In this document: positions 18,290-27,607 of the stretch, one piece after another
Numbering within the stretch: position 1 is the first letter of the stretch
Layout of the letters: each line of letters opens with the position of its first letter
Assembly (NCBI GenBank): GCA_038215615.1
Contig: JBBQQR010000001.1
Coordinates: forward strand, 1-64,000
Direction: 5' to 3'
DNA: 64,000 nucleotides
Origin: Vulcanimicrobiales bacterium
GTDB taxonomy: Bacteria; Vulcanimicrobiota; Vulcanimicrobiia; Vulcanimicrobiales; Vulcanimicrobiaceae
Notes under the pieces: model-generated
Told to the model about the DNA's origin: nothing
Seen by the model: only the letters and a program-made list of their open reading frames with translations
Databases searched by the model: none
Position numbers and translations under genes: made by a program

Positions 18290-19438
18290 GTGCTAAACGC
18301 TGCCGTCGGTACGAACTGGCGCCGCATCGCCATCGTCGTAGGGATCATCGTGCTCTTCGGGCTCGCGCTTTGGTTCGCGGCGCGCATTCCCAAGACGATG
18401 ACGATCTTTGTGATCGCGCTCTTCCTCGCCTCGGCGGTTCACCCGATTTCTAAACGCTTGGAGCAGCGGCGAATTCCACGCGGGCTCGCCATCGCGATCG
18501 TCTTTAGCGTGCTGATCGTGATCGTCACCGGCTTCATCGTTATCGTCATGCCGATGCTCTTCGCGCAGTCGCAAGCGCTCCTGGCAAACGTGCCGGATTA
18601 CGTCAAGACCACGGAAACATGGATGCTCGGGATGCGCGACTCGATCCATCAGCGGTTTCCGAGCGTGAATATACCCGCACAGGTTTTCAACGTTCAGCAG
18701 TTCAGCGTGGAGCACGTGACGGCGATCTTCACCGCCGGAATCGCTTCGGTCGGCGCGCTGGCGCTCAACGTGGCGACGGCACTTTTCATCGCCATCTCGG
18801 CGCTGATTCTTTCGGTCTTCATGCTGCTCAACCAAGACCAAATAGCCGGCGGATTTGCCGCACTCTTTCCGACTCGCAGGCGGCAGACGGCGCTCATGCT
18901 CGCCAGTCAGGCGACCCACATGTTCGGCAGCTACATCTCGGGACAGATCATCGTTTGCACGATTACGGGCGTGCTCATTGCCGGCATCACCGCGATCCTG
19001 GGGTTCAAGTTTGCATTGCTCTTCGGATTGGTGAGCGCGGTTTCGTATGCCATTCCGATCGTCGGCATGATCGTGGCGCATCTCCTGGGTCTGGTACTCG
19101 CCGCGCCGCAGGGCCCATACATGATCGTTTGGGTCGAGGTGGTGACCTTCACCATCGCGCGCATCAGCGACAACATTTTGGTTCCGCGGATCATGGGCGA
19201 GAGCATCGGCGTTTCGCCGATCGGCGTCATGTTCGCGGTCTTTGCCGGCGGAGAACTCTTCGGTCTGCCTGGTTTGATCTTGGGCATCCCGGCGGCCGCG
19301 CTGATCAAACTCATTTGGGGCTACTTCATCGGACCGTGGCTGCACGCGCAGATTGAATTTGCCGACCTGGCAACGCCGGCGCCTCCGCCTGTCGTTACGG
19401 TTCTTCCCGACGTAGAAATCGTCGTCGCCGAAAGTTGA
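18290..19438 (+). CDS. AI-2E family transporter
   Basis: Multi-TM; YISGQ, IPIVG, DNILVPRIMG..G.SP, GG.LFG.PG..LGIP. Confidence 0.88.
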   Translation: MLNAAVGTNWRRIAIVVGIIVLFGLALWFAARIPKTMTIFVIALFLASAVHPISKRLEQRRIPRGLAIAIVFSVLIVIVTGFIVIVMPMLFAQSQALLANVPDYVKTTETWMLGMRDSIHQRFPSVNIPAQVFNVQQFSVEHVTAIFTAGIASVGALALNVATALFIAISALILSVFMLLNQDQIAGGFAALFPTRRRQTALMLASQATHMFGSYISGQIIVCTITGVLIAGITAILGFKFALLFGLVSAVSYAIPIVGMIVAHLLGLVLAAPQGPYMIVWVEVVTFTIARISDNILVPRIMGESIGVSPIGVMFAVFAGGELFGLPGLILGIPAAALIKLIWGYFIGPWLHAQIEFADLATPAPPPVVTVLPDVEIVVAES

Positions 19439-19731
19439 CCAAGCGGTTCATTTCGGAGTCCCTGACGCCGGTTGTGGAATCGTTTGACTCGGCGGCGATG
19501 GAACACGGCGAGCCCGGACTTCCAAGTGCCTTCGCGTGGCGCGACCGGCAGATCGCCATAAAAAATGTCCTCAAAGTCTGGCGCAGCATGCGCGAAGATC
19601 GCGGCGATCAATATTTGGCGCGTCACTGGTATGAGATAGAAGACCAAGACGGACGCCGGTTCACAATCTATTTCGACCGGCAGGCCAAGGTGGGCAAACC
19701 CCGCTGGTGGCTCTACACGCTCGAAGAGTAG
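19435..19731 (+). CDS. DUF6504-like small protein
   Basis: P.AF.WR, RHWYEI, IYFDR...WWL pattern. Confidence 0.65.
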   Translation: MTKRFISESLTPVVESFDSAAMEHGEPGLPSAFAWRDRQIAIKNVLKVWRSMREDRGDQYLARHWYEIEDQDGRRFTIYFDRQAKVGKPRWWLYTLEE

Positions 19732-21402
19732 CTACATCGTTTCCGGCGCGCCGACGCCGATCATATCGAGCACTCGCGCGAGCACCGTCTGCGTTGCTAT
19801 GCATAGACTCAGGCGCGCTAGCCGTTCGTCCCGCTCGGGCACCAGGATCTTGCACTCGGTGTAAAACTGATGGAAGTCCGACGCAACGTCGCGCGCGTAT
19901 CGCGTCAAGCGATGCGGGGCCAGCCGTTCGACGACGTTGGCGACAAGGCTCGGAAGTTCGGCGAGCCGGCGAATCAAAGCGAGTTCCGCGCCATGGCGCA
20001 GCGAATCCAAGTTCGCTCCGCCGCGCGCGGCTTCGACGTCAGCTGCATCCGCGTTCTTGAACACCGACGCGATGCGCGCGTAACCGTACTGCACGTAGAA
20101 GACCGGGTTCTCGTTGCTTGCTTCCTTGGCGAGCTGCAGATCGAACGTCAGCGGCGATTCGGGTGCGGGCAAGACGAAGAAAAACCGCGCCGCGTCGGCG
20201 CCGACTTCGTCGATGATCTCGTCGAGCGTCACGATGTGGCCCGCGCGTTTGCTCATGCTGACCTGTTCCTGGCCGCGCATCAGCGTGATCTGCTGCGCGA
20301 TCACCACGTCGAGCCGGTCGCGCTCGTAGCCCAGCGCTTTCGCCAATCCTTTCAAGCGCCCGATGTATCCGTGATGGTCGGGGCCGAGGATGTCGATGAC
20401 GCGGTCGGAGCGCTGCAGCTTGGCGTAGTGATAGGCGACGTCCGTGCAAAAGTACGTCGGTCTGCCGTCTCGCCGAACGAGCACGCGATCTTTATCGTCG
20501 CCGAACTGCGTGGCGCGGAAGTAGATGGCGCCGTCGGCTTCGTAGGTAACGCCGTCGTCGATGAGGCGCTGCAAGCCGGCTTGCACGGCGCCCGCATCCT
20601 GTAACGCTTTTTCGCTCTGCCAGAGATCGAAATGCACGCCGAATCGCTCGACCGTGCGGCGCTGCTCTTCGACGAGCGTGTCGCGTCCGATTTGTGAGAA
20701 ATGCGGAAGCCACGCGGCTTCCTCTTCGCCTACCCACCGCTCGCCGTCAGCGCCGGCAATGGAGCGCGCGATCGGCTCCAGGTACTCTCCGGGGTAGCCT
20801 TCCTGCGGAAACGGAAACTTCGGATCGTAGGTCTGCCGGTAACGAGCGTAAAGCGATCGGCCCAAGTTATCGAGCTGGCCGCCGGCGTCGTTGATGATCC
20901 ATTCGGTGAAGACGTCGTAGCCGCAAAATTTCATAGCGTTGGCGAGCACGGCGCCGATACTGCACGTGCGGCCCTGCACCACGACGAGCGGCCCAGTCGG
21001 ATTGGCGCTGCCGAATTCGAGCGAGATGCGGACGCCGCGCGGCGCGCTTTGTCCAAACGCCGCGCCGTCGCGGATGATTTGCGCCAAGGCCGCTTGCCAG
21101 GCTTCTGGCGCAAAGCGCAGGTTGATGAAACCCGCCGTCGCCGAAATGTCCGCAAAATGTTCGCCGAGTCCCGGCGCATTCTGTTGCAGATCGCTCACCA
21201 GCGCCGTGGCAACTTGCTGTGGAGCGCTGCGGGCAACTTTCGCGAGCGAAAACGCCGCATTGGTTGCAACGTCACCGAACTCGGGGCGCCGCGGAGCTTC
21301 GAAAGCTATCTCTGTACCGGACGCGTCAGGATAACGCGCGGCGATCGCGTCGCGCAGCGCGGCGGCAAAAATGGAAAGAGCGTCAGTGGTGATACGGCTC
21401 AC
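19732..21402 (-). CDS. argS: Arginine--tRNA ligase
   Basis: FGD.ATN, EFGSANPTGPL, GPDHHGYI, MSKRAG, NPVFYVQYGYARI. Confidence 0.96.
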   Translation of the reverse strand: MSRITTDALSIFAAALRDAIAARYPDASGTEIAFEAPRRPEFGDVATNAAFSLAKVARSAPQQVATALVSDLQQNAPGLGEHFADISATAGFINLRFAPEAWQAALAQIIRDGAAFGQSAPRGVRISLEFGSANPTGPLVVVQGRTCSIGAVLANAMKFCGYDVFTEWIINDAGGQLDNLGRSLYARYRQTYDPKFPFPQEGYPGEYLEPIARSIAGADGERWVGEEEAAWLPHFSQIGRDTLVEEQRRTVERFGVHFDLWQSEKALQDAGAVQAGLQRLIDDGVTYEADGAIYFRATQFGDDKDRVLVRRDGRPTYFCTDVAYHYAKLQRSDRVIDILGPDHHGYIGRLKGLAKALGYERDRLDVVIAQQITLMRGQEQVSMSKRAGHIVTLDEIIDEVGADAARFFFVLPAPESPLTFDLQLAKEASNENPVFYVQYGYARIASVFKNADAADVEAARGGANLDSLRHGAELALIRRLAELPSLVANVVERLAPHRLTRYARDVASDFHQFYTECKILVPERDERLARLSLCIATQTVLARVLDMIGVGAPETM

Positions 21403-21838
21403 TGCGCGCGATCTTCGCCGCCCGGTAGAGCTGTTCCAGCACGATCATGCGCGCCCACTCGTGCAAGAACGTGAGCTTGGAAAGCGACCAAACGAAATCC
21501 GCCCTCGCCCGCACGTTCTGCGCTAATCCAAAAGTGCCGCCGATGAGCAGCGTCAATGCACGTCCCCGCGGCTCGAGCTCGATGACCTTTGCGCTCAGCT
21601 CCTCGCTCGACAGCTCGCTGCCGGCGCGGTCGAGCGCCCAGAGCACGCCGTCTCCGGCGGCCTTTAAGAGCCGTGCGCCTTCTTCGCGGATCGCTTTGGT
21701 AGGATCGGAACCGCTCGATGCGCGCACTTCCAGAACTTCGATGCGATGATAGGCGCGCAAGCGCTTCTGGAACTCGGCGCAGACCGCGGCGGCGGCCGGG
21801 TCGCGCAGTTTTCCGGCGGCGACGATTCGCAGATGCAT
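21383..21838 (-). CDS. rlmH: 23S rRNA (pseudouridine1915-N3)-methyltransferase
   Basis: MHLRIVAAGK start; IGGTFGL, SLSKLTFLHE, EQLYRA..I....PYHH. Confidence 0.93.
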   Translation of the reverse strand: MHLRIVAAGKLRDPAAAAVCAEFQKRLRAYHRIEVLEVRASSGSDPTKAIREEGARLLKAAGDGVLWALDRAGSELSSEELSAKVIELEPRGRALTLLIGGTFGLAQNVRARADFVWSLSKLTFLHEWARMIVLEQLYRAAKIARSEPYHH

Positions 21839-21897
21839 GCGTGGAGGTTCGCAACGCCGTCCGCGCCCTCCGTGTGGTGCGCAAGATTTTTGGGGGC

Positions 21898-22788
21898 TCA
21901 GCATCGCCTTGCGCCAGAAACGGTAGCATACCGCTGGCCGGCGCGCGCTTCGATCGCGCCTTGCAGCTCCAGCACCGAAAGCGCCGCGAGTAACTCCGCC
22001 GTGCTGCCGCCCGCAGTCAAGCAGAGCTCGTCGAAAGTCGTCTCACCGCTGTCGAGGATCGTAAGGATTTTCGCTTGCAGCGGATCGGCCGGCGTGAAGC
22101 GCTCCGCTTGCGCGCCGATCGGAAGCTTCATGATGTGCAGCTCGTCGAGCACGTCTTGGGCGCTGCGCGCCAGCGTGACGCCATCGCGAATGAGCGCGTG
22201 GCAACCCGCGGAGTGCGGGCGATCGATATCTCCCGGCACCGCAAAAACGGGAACGCGCCCCGCTGCCCAGCCGGCCGTGTTGAGCGCGCCGCTGCGGGCG
22301 GGCGCTTCGATCACGACGACTGCGTCCACAAGCGCCGCCACAACACCGTTGCGCTGCAAGAACTGATGCGGAATTGCGGGATGCTCCGGCGCAAACGGCG
22401 AGAGCACCGCTCCTGCGTTCGCAACTATACGGTTCGCCAACGGCCGATTGCGGCGCGGGAAGAATCTGTCGTGTCCGCCGCCGAGCACGCCGATCGTCGG
22501 CGCGCGAGCGTCGAGCGCGCCTTCATGCGCCGCCGCATCGATTCCCAACGCCAGCCCGGATATGATGCAGCAACCCGCCGCGCCGAGCTCGTGCGCGAAC
22601 CGCCGCGCATTGCTGCGGCCATACTCACTCGGCGCGCGCGTCCCGACGATTGCGACGCACGGCGTTTTCAATCCGCCGAGATCACCGCGGACCCAAAGGC
22701 CATCGAAAACCCCCGGAAGCGCTCTCGGCGCGCGCAGGGCTTCGAAGGCCGCGCGGGGTTGCCACTCAGCTTTTTCCACCCAGGCCAT
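21898..22788 (-). CDS. dprA: DNA-processing protein DprA
   Basis: AIVGTRAPSEYG, ISGLALGIDAAAH, FLQRN, EA..RSGALNTA, VFAVPG, C-terminal wHTH. Confidence 0.93.
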   Translation of the reverse strand: MAWVEKAEWQPRAAFEALRAPRALPGVFDGLWVRGDLGGLKTPCVAIVGTRAPSEYGRSNARRFAHELGAAGCCIISGLALGIDAAAHEGALDARAPTIGVLGGGHDRFFPRRNRPLANRIVANAGAVLSPFAPEHPAIPHQFLQRNGVVAALVDAVVVIEAPARSGALNTAGWAAGRVPVFAVPGDIDRPHSAGCHALIRDGVTLARSAQDVLDELHIMKLPIGAQAERFTPADPLQAKILTILDSGETTFDELCLTAGGSTAELLAALSVLELQGAIEARAGQRYATVSGARRC

Positions 22789-22940
22789 TCACGCGGGGGG
22801 CGTCCGTCTGAAAGGGTCTCCCTGTCGCCCAAGGGCTCTCCCCTCGTGGCCACGAGGGGGAAAGTCGGGCACGCCTGGGAATAGGGCCCCCAACCCGGCA
22901 GGCTATCCATCGCCGGCACCGGTCTTGAGAGGAATCGAAC

Positions 22941-23090
22941 GTGGCAGCTGAAGCGTACTGTGTGAAATGCAAGACCAAGCGTGAAATCAAAGACGCCGTT
23001 CAAATTACGATGAAGAACGGCCGTCCGGCCACCGAGGGCAAGTGCCCCGAGTGCGGGACGAAGATGTTCAAAATTGGGGCCTCGAGCTAG
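22941..23090 (+). CDS. DUF5679-like small Zn-ribbon protein, 49 aa (MAAEAYCVKCKTKREIKDAVQITMKNGRPATEGKCPECGTKMFKIGASS)
   Basis: GAGGA SD, GTG start, CxxC...CxxC; missed by ORF track. Confidence 0.85.
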   Translation: MAAEAYCVKCKTKREIKDAVQITMKNGRPATEGKCPECGTKMFKIGASS

Positions 23091-23115
23091 AGCGCTCGGG
23101 CTTACCTGAAACGAG

Positions 23116-23143
23116 AGCCGGCGGCAACACCGCCGGCTTTTTC
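23116..23143 (+). terminator. Intrinsic terminator after the DUF5679-like gene
   Basis: AGCCGGCGG-caaca-CCGCCGGCT followed by TTTT. Confidence 0.8.
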
Positions 23144-23189
23144 ATTGGGCCGAATCTCTACTCAGGCACTACGCGAAAGCCGGCGGACT

Positions 23190-23242
23190 TTGCGCCGCAA
23201 CGGATAGTGGTCTATAATAGGGGCACCCACAATATGTGGGCG
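23190..23242 (+). promoter_or_regulatory. Sigma70 promoter (TTGCGC-N17-TATAAT) with two putative NrdR boxes
   Basis: -35 23190-23195, -10 23213-23218; CCGCAACGGATAGTGG (23195) and CCACAATATGTGGGCG (23227), 32 bp apart. Confidence 0.7.
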
Positions 23243-23260
23243 TCCGATGAGGGCTCGCCG

Positions 23261-23713
23261 CTGATTTGTCCTACTTGCCGCAAGAACGAAACCCGCGTCG
23301 TCGACTCGCGCGACGATGAGAGCGTCGTGCGCCGCCGGCGTGAGTGCCTCGATCCGCGCTGCAAGCATCGCTTCACGACGTACGAGCGCATGGAGGCGCC
23401 GCGGCTCTTCGTTGTAAAAAAAGACGCCCGCCGCGAGCAGTTCAGCCGCGAGAAGATTTTGGCCGGCCTGCGCCGCGCGTGCGAGAAGCGGCCCGTGTCC
23501 GAAGCTCAGATGGAGGCGGTGGCCGCCTCGCTCGAGCGCGACCTCTTCGCGCGCGGCGAGAGCGAAGTCCCCGCCACGCTGATCGGCGAGAAACTCATGG
23601 AGTCGCTGCGCAGTCTCGACAAGGTCGCGTACATTCGCTTTGCGAGCGTCTACCGCCAATTCCGCGACGTCGAAAGCTTTCAAGAAGAGTTGGCATCGCT
23701 GCTTGCCAAGTGA
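23261..23713 (+). CDS. nrdR: Transcriptional repressor NrdR (start probably CTG 23261; ATG 23234 is the alternative)
   Basis: CPTC, VVDSR, RRRREC..C..RFTTYER, ATP cone, LDKVAYIRFASVYR.F.D. Confidence 0.95.
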   Translation: MICPTCRKNETRVVDSRDDESVVRRRRECLDPRCKHRFTTYERMEAPRLFVVKKDARREQFSREKILAGLRRACEKRPVSEAQMEAVAASLERDLFARGESEVPATLIGEKLMESLRSLDKVAYIRFASVYRQFRDVESFQEELASLLAK

Positions 23714-23719
23714 GCGGCC

Positions 23720-24166
23720 ATGGCTTCCGTCACGGTCGCGGTCAAGAGGCTGCCTGAAGGCGAAGGACTTCCACTTCCAAGATACATGAGCGAAGACGCC
23801 GCCGGTGCGGATCTTTGCGCGGCGGTTTTTGAAGATTTGACGTTGCAGCCCGGCGCGCGCGCGCTCGTGCCGACGGGATTTGCGATTGCGTTGCCATCGG
23901 GATATGAAGCGCAAGTCCGTCCGCGCAGCGGGCTGGCGATGCGCCACGGCGTCACGTGTTTAAATTCACCGGGGACGATCGACGCCGATTACCGCGGGCC
24001 GGTCTGCGTCGTGCTCGCAAATCTCGGCGCCGAACCGTTTGTCGTGCGTCGCGGCGAACGTATCGCGCAACTCGTCGTCGCGCCCGTTTCGCGCGCGCAC
24101 TTCGATCCGATTGAAGATCTCTCCGAGACGGAACGCGCCACGGCCGGATTCGGCAGCACCGGATGA
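23720..24166 (+). CDS. dut: dUTP diphosphatase
   Basis: [38 protein letters not shown]. Confidence 0.96.
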   Translation: MASVTVAVKRLPEGEGLPLPRYMSEDAAGADLCAAVFEDLTLQPGARALVPTGFAIALPSGYEAQVRPRSGLAMRHGVTCLNSPGTIDADYRGPVCVVLANLGAEPFVVRRGERIAQLVVAPVSRAHFDPIEDLSETERATAGFGSTG

Positions 24167-25143
24167 AAGTGTACATCGTCGGCGCCGGAGCCGTGGGCAC
24201 GTATTTGGGCGATTTGCTCCAACGCGTTAATGTCGACGTGGCGTACGCGCCGCGCAACCTCGCGGACGTGACGCCTGTTGATGCCGACGTTGCGATCGTC
24301 GCGGTGAAATCGTACGACACGCCGGGCGCGATCGAAACGTTGCGCAAGGCGATTCCCTTTCCTCAGAAATGCGTTTTTGTAAGCCCGCAAAATGGGATTG
24401 GCAACGAAGAGAAATTAGCCGAAGCGTTCGGTGAAGACAATGTCGTGGCCGCCGCGCTTACAGTGCCGGTTGGCCGCGATAGCGCCAACAACGGACACGG
24501 CCAGGCCACCAAAGAAGGCGGCCTGGCATTTGCACCGCTGGGAAAGAACGCCTACAACTGGCTGACGGCCGCATTTGCGAGCACGGGCCTCAAGGTGCAG
24601 ATCGTAGGCGACTGGCGCGCGCTGAAGTGGTCGAAGCTCGCGCTCAACATCGTGGCCAATGCGAGCTGTGCCATTCTCAATGTGCTGCCCAACCGATTGG
24701 TGCACTACGACGAGATCTTCACACTGGAGATTCGCGCGATTCGTGAAGTGCGTGCCGTCATGCACGCGATGGGCATTTCGCCAATCGATCTGCCGCGCTA
24801 TCCGGTGCGTGCGATGCAAGGCATTGCCAACCTGCCCAGTCCCGTTTCGCGCAAACTGCTCGCGGGTCGCGTAGCGGGCGCGCGGGGAACAAAGCCGCCG
24901 TCGCTGCTTTTGGATCTTCGTGCCGGCAGAGCGCAGACCGAGGTGGATTACCTCAACGGCGCCGTCGCGTGTGCGGGTCGCGATCACCACGTGCGCACGC
25001 CGGTTAACGCCGTCTACGCGCGCGTGCTTGAGGATATCGCTCACATGCCGCAGCTCTGGGCCAAATATCGCGAGCACCCCGATACGCTCGCGGGCGAAGT
25101 CGCGGCCGAAGTCAAACGCGTGCGCGCTCTGGCAAAAACATAA
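24163..25143 (+). CDS. panE: Ketopantoate reductase family protein
   Basis: [35 protein letters not shown]. Confidence 0.8.
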   Translation: MKVYIVGAGAVGTYLGDLLQRVNVDVAYAPRNLADVTPVDADVAIVAVKSYDTPGAIETLRKAIPFPQKCVFVSPQNGIGNEEKLAEAFGEDNVVAAALTVPVGRDSANNGHGQATKEGGLAFAPLGKNAYNWLTAAFASTGLKVQIVGDWRALKWSKLALNIVANASCAILNVLPNRLVHYDEIFTLEIRAIREVRAVMHAMGISPIDLPRYPVRAMQGIANLPSPVSRKLLAGRVAGARGTKPPSLLLDLRAGRAQTEVDYLNGAVACAGRDHHVRTPVNAVYARVLEDIAHMPQLWAKYREHPDTLAGEVAAEVKRVRALAKT

Positions 25144-25991
25144 TGCGCCATCCCGACGTTCCCGAATCACTCGAAGGCTGGTGGATACTCCACCGGATGT
25201 TCGGCTTCGACCGCCGCCGTTGGGCGCTGATTCCCGACGATGAACAGCAGCGCATCGCGCAAGAATCGGTTGACTATTTCACGCAGCTGAAGGGCGGCGA
25301 AGGCGACGTAGGCCTGGCGCAGCTCGTCGGGCACAAAGCCGATCTCATGCTCACGCATTATGCGAAAACCTACGAAGGACTGGCGAAAGCGCAGACGTGC
25401 GTCGACAGCTTGGAACTGATGGATTACCTGCAACCGCGCGACTCTTATCTTTCTGTTCTCGAGCTCGGGCTCTACGACGCAACAGGAAAAATCCACGCGA
25501 CGCTAGCGGAGCGCAGCTTAAAGCAGCACTCGCCGGAGTGGAACGCATCTTTCGACGACTTGCTCGCGGAGCAAGAGAAGAACCCGCGCAATGCCGAACG
25601 GCTGCGCGCAAAAATTCCGGCACGGCGCTACGTCTGTTTTTATCCGATGGATAAAAAACGCGCCGAAGGCGAAAACTGGTACACGCTTCCATACGCCGAC
25701 CGCGCGCGCCTCATGCTCGACCACGGAAAGATCGGACGCTCGTTTCACGGCTTGGTGACCCAGGTGATCTCGGGTTCGATCGGCTTCGACGATTTTGAAT
25801 GGGGCGTCGATCTCTATGCCGACGATCCGCTCGTATTCAAGAAACTCATCTATGAAATGCGCTTCGACGAAGTGAGCGCGAAGTATGCGATCTTCGGACC
25901 ATTTTGGAACGGCCTGCAGTTTTCGGTGGAAGAGTTTCCGCGTTTTCTTGCCGGCGAGGTTCCGGAGCTCCAAGAAAAGGCCGGCGCATAA
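25143..25991 (+). CDS. chdC: Coproheme decarboxylase (HemQ/ChdC; chlorite dismutase superfamily)
   Basis: LEGWWILH, GHKADL, CFYPMDKKR, NWY.LP..R..LM..HG.IGR, GS.GFDDFEWGV, MRFDEVSA.Y. Confidence 0.88.
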   Translation: MRHPDVPESLEGWWILHRMFGFDRRRWALIPDDEQQRIAQESVDYFTQLKGGEGDVGLAQLVGHKADLMLTHYAKTYEGLAKAQTCVDSLELMDYLQPRDSYLSVLELGLYDATGKIHATLAERSLKQHSPEWNASFDDLLAEQEKNPRNAERLRAKIPARRYVCFYPMDKKRAEGENWYTLPYADRARLMLDHGKIGRSFHGLVTQVISGSIGFDDFEWGVDLYADDPLVFKKLIYEMRFDEVSAKYAIFGPFWNGLQFSVEEFPRFLAGEVPELQEKAGA

Positions 25992-26635
25992 TGGCGGTCA
26001 TCGAATGTACTGCTTACATCGATGTACTTTCATCGTGGTGCTATGTCGGCGATCTGGCGCTGCAGAAGATCGAGAAGAAGTACGGCAGCCGGCTGCGGGT
26101 CGAGTGGAAGATCGCGCAGCTCTTCGATTTTGGTCCGCTGCCGTACACGCGCGAGCAACTGGCCTGGTACTACGCGCGGACTGCTAAAATCACGGGCGTG
26201 GTTATGAATGCCGATTGGCATGACTCGCCGGACACGACGACGCTTCACGCCAATCATGCCGCCGAAGCGGCGCGAACGCTCGGCGTCACGGACATGAGTG
26301 TGGTCCGCGCGCTCAATCGCGCGAACGTCATCGACGGCAAGCCGCTGGGCCGGCGTGAAGCGGCGCTCGATGAAACGGCACGCGTGTCGGGCTTGGATCG
26401 TACCGAGCTCGATCGCGTGATGCGCGATCCCAAAACGGCGGCGCGCATCAACGAAACGACCGACGAATTCGAAGCGCTCAACCTGCCGCAGCGCCCTTCG
26501 TATGTCGTGCGCAATCCGACGGGCGATCTGGCGCTGCTTTCGGGGATGTACACATTCGAGTCACTCGATGCGGTGATCGGCGAAATGCTGCATGCTTCGG
26601 AGATTACGGAACAGGCGGGTCCCGAACCGGCGTGA
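25991..26635 (+). CDS. DsbA/FrnE-like thioredoxin-fold protein (SxxC)
   Basis: YIDVLSSWCY at N-terminus, QRPS cis-Pro loop; ATG overlaps chdC stop. Confidence 0.7.
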   Translation: MAVIECTAYIDVLSSWCYVGDLALQKIEKKYGSRLRVEWKIAQLFDFGPLPYTREQLAWYYARTAKITGVVMNADWHDSPDTTTLHANHAAEAARTLGVTDMSVVRALNRANVIDGKPLGRREAALDETARVSGLDRTELDRVMRDPKTAARINETTDEFEALNLPQRPSYVVRNPTGDLALLSGMYTFESLDAVIGEMLHASEITEQAGPEPA

Positions 26636-27114
26636 CCTTTACCATGCGCGAGGCCGAAGAAGGCGACGTGCCGTTTATCGCCGGTCTTTTTAAGTTGCCG
26701 CATTCGCGTGAGTTTTTGAACGAGCCGGGTCGCGATGCAATTCTCGATCTTATAGAAGGCCCGGACGGAGAAGCGTTCGTTCTTGAGGCTGACGGAAAAG
26801 AATTCGGTTACTTTACCATGCACGACCGCGGCTGGCTGGTGGAGTTCGGCGTCCTGGTCGTAAAAACGACGGGCCGCGGCGCCGGGCCGTTCGCGATGCG
26901 CTGGGGGATCGATCAAGCGTTTCAGAAACGTGCCGCGCATCGAATCTTCATCGAAATCCGCGAAGACAACGACCGCGCACGGACGATGTGCGAACGGCTC
27001 GGCTTTCGAGCCGAAGGCCTGTACCGCGATGGTTTTCGCGATGCCGTCAGCGGCGAGCACAAGAACCTGATTCCGTACGGAATGCTGCGCACGGACCTCC
27101 GTCCGGTCTCTTGA
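26632..27114 (+). CDS. GNAT family N-acetyltransferase (RimJ/RimL-like)
   Basis: GRGAG, N.RA...ERLGFRAEG..R. Confidence 0.82.
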   Translation: MTFTMREAEEGDVPFIAGLFKLPHSREFLNEPGRDAILDLIEGPDGEAFVLEADGKEFGYFTMHDRGWLVEFGVLVVKTTGRGAGPFAMRWGIDQAFQKRAAHRIFIEIREDNDRARTMCERLGFRAEGLYRDGFRDAVSGEHKNLIPYGMLRTDLRPVS

Positions 27115-27129
27115 CACACGGCCACATTG

Positions 27130-27144
27130 GTTGTATCATACAAC
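27130..27144. promoter_or_regulatory. Putative MarR operator (GTTGTAT-C-ATACAAC) in a TTGACA promoter region
   Basis: Perfect 7-1-7 inverted repeat just upstream of marR; TTGACA at 27111. Confidence 0.65.
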
Positions 27145-27148
27145 TGTT

Positions 27149-27607
27149 GTGGTTGACAACTTAAACCGTTTCCGGCGCCCCGATCCGGTACTGGATTTTC
27201 AAGAGACCATGATTGGCCTCATCAGGTCGCTTGGGCTGCATAAGCCGGAGACGACACCCTGCGGGCAGCCGCTCTCGGTCGGCGAGGCCCAAGCCCTGCT
27301 CGAGATCGGGCGCGAACCCGGGCTCACGCAGAACGGACTCGCGCAGCGGTTGGGCCTGGACAAGAGTACGGTAAGCCGCCTGGTCGGCATGCTCGAGCGG
27401 CGGTCCTGGCTCGACCGCGTCCGCGATCACAGCGATTCCCGTTTTTACCATTTGCGTTTAACCGCGGCCGGCACGAAAGCCAACGCGAATCTCGCGCAAT
27501 CGCGCCGCGCGAAATTCGAGCGCATTTTTGAAGCGATCCCTCGCGCGCAGCGCGTCGGCGTCGCGGCTTCGCTCGCGGCTCTCATGGAGGCTATCGATGA
27601 GTCCTAG
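27149..27607 (+). CDS. MarR family transcriptional regulator (start GTG 27149 or ATG 27209)
   Basis: TQNGLAQRLGLDKSTVSRLV, D.R...L.LT..G; TPCG motif. Confidence 0.9.
   Translation: MVDNLNRFRRPDPVLDFQETMIGLIRSLGLHKPETTPCGQPLSVGEAQALLEIGREPGLTQNGLAQRLGLDKSTVSRLVGMLERRSWLDRVRDHSDSRFYHLRLTAAGTKANANLAQSRRAKFERIFEAIPRAQRVGVAASLAALMEAIDES

Noticed and set aside
22853..22905. GGAAAGTCGGGC...AACCCGGC resemblance to RNase P RNA conserved ends
   Set aside because: Imperfect match, and the two pieces are only about 25 nt apart; there is no room for a full RNase P RNA
23042..23260. 73-residue N-terminal extension of NrdR in the ORF track
   Set aside because: It spans the DUF5679-like gene end, a terminator and the nrdR promoter; homology starts at xxCPTC
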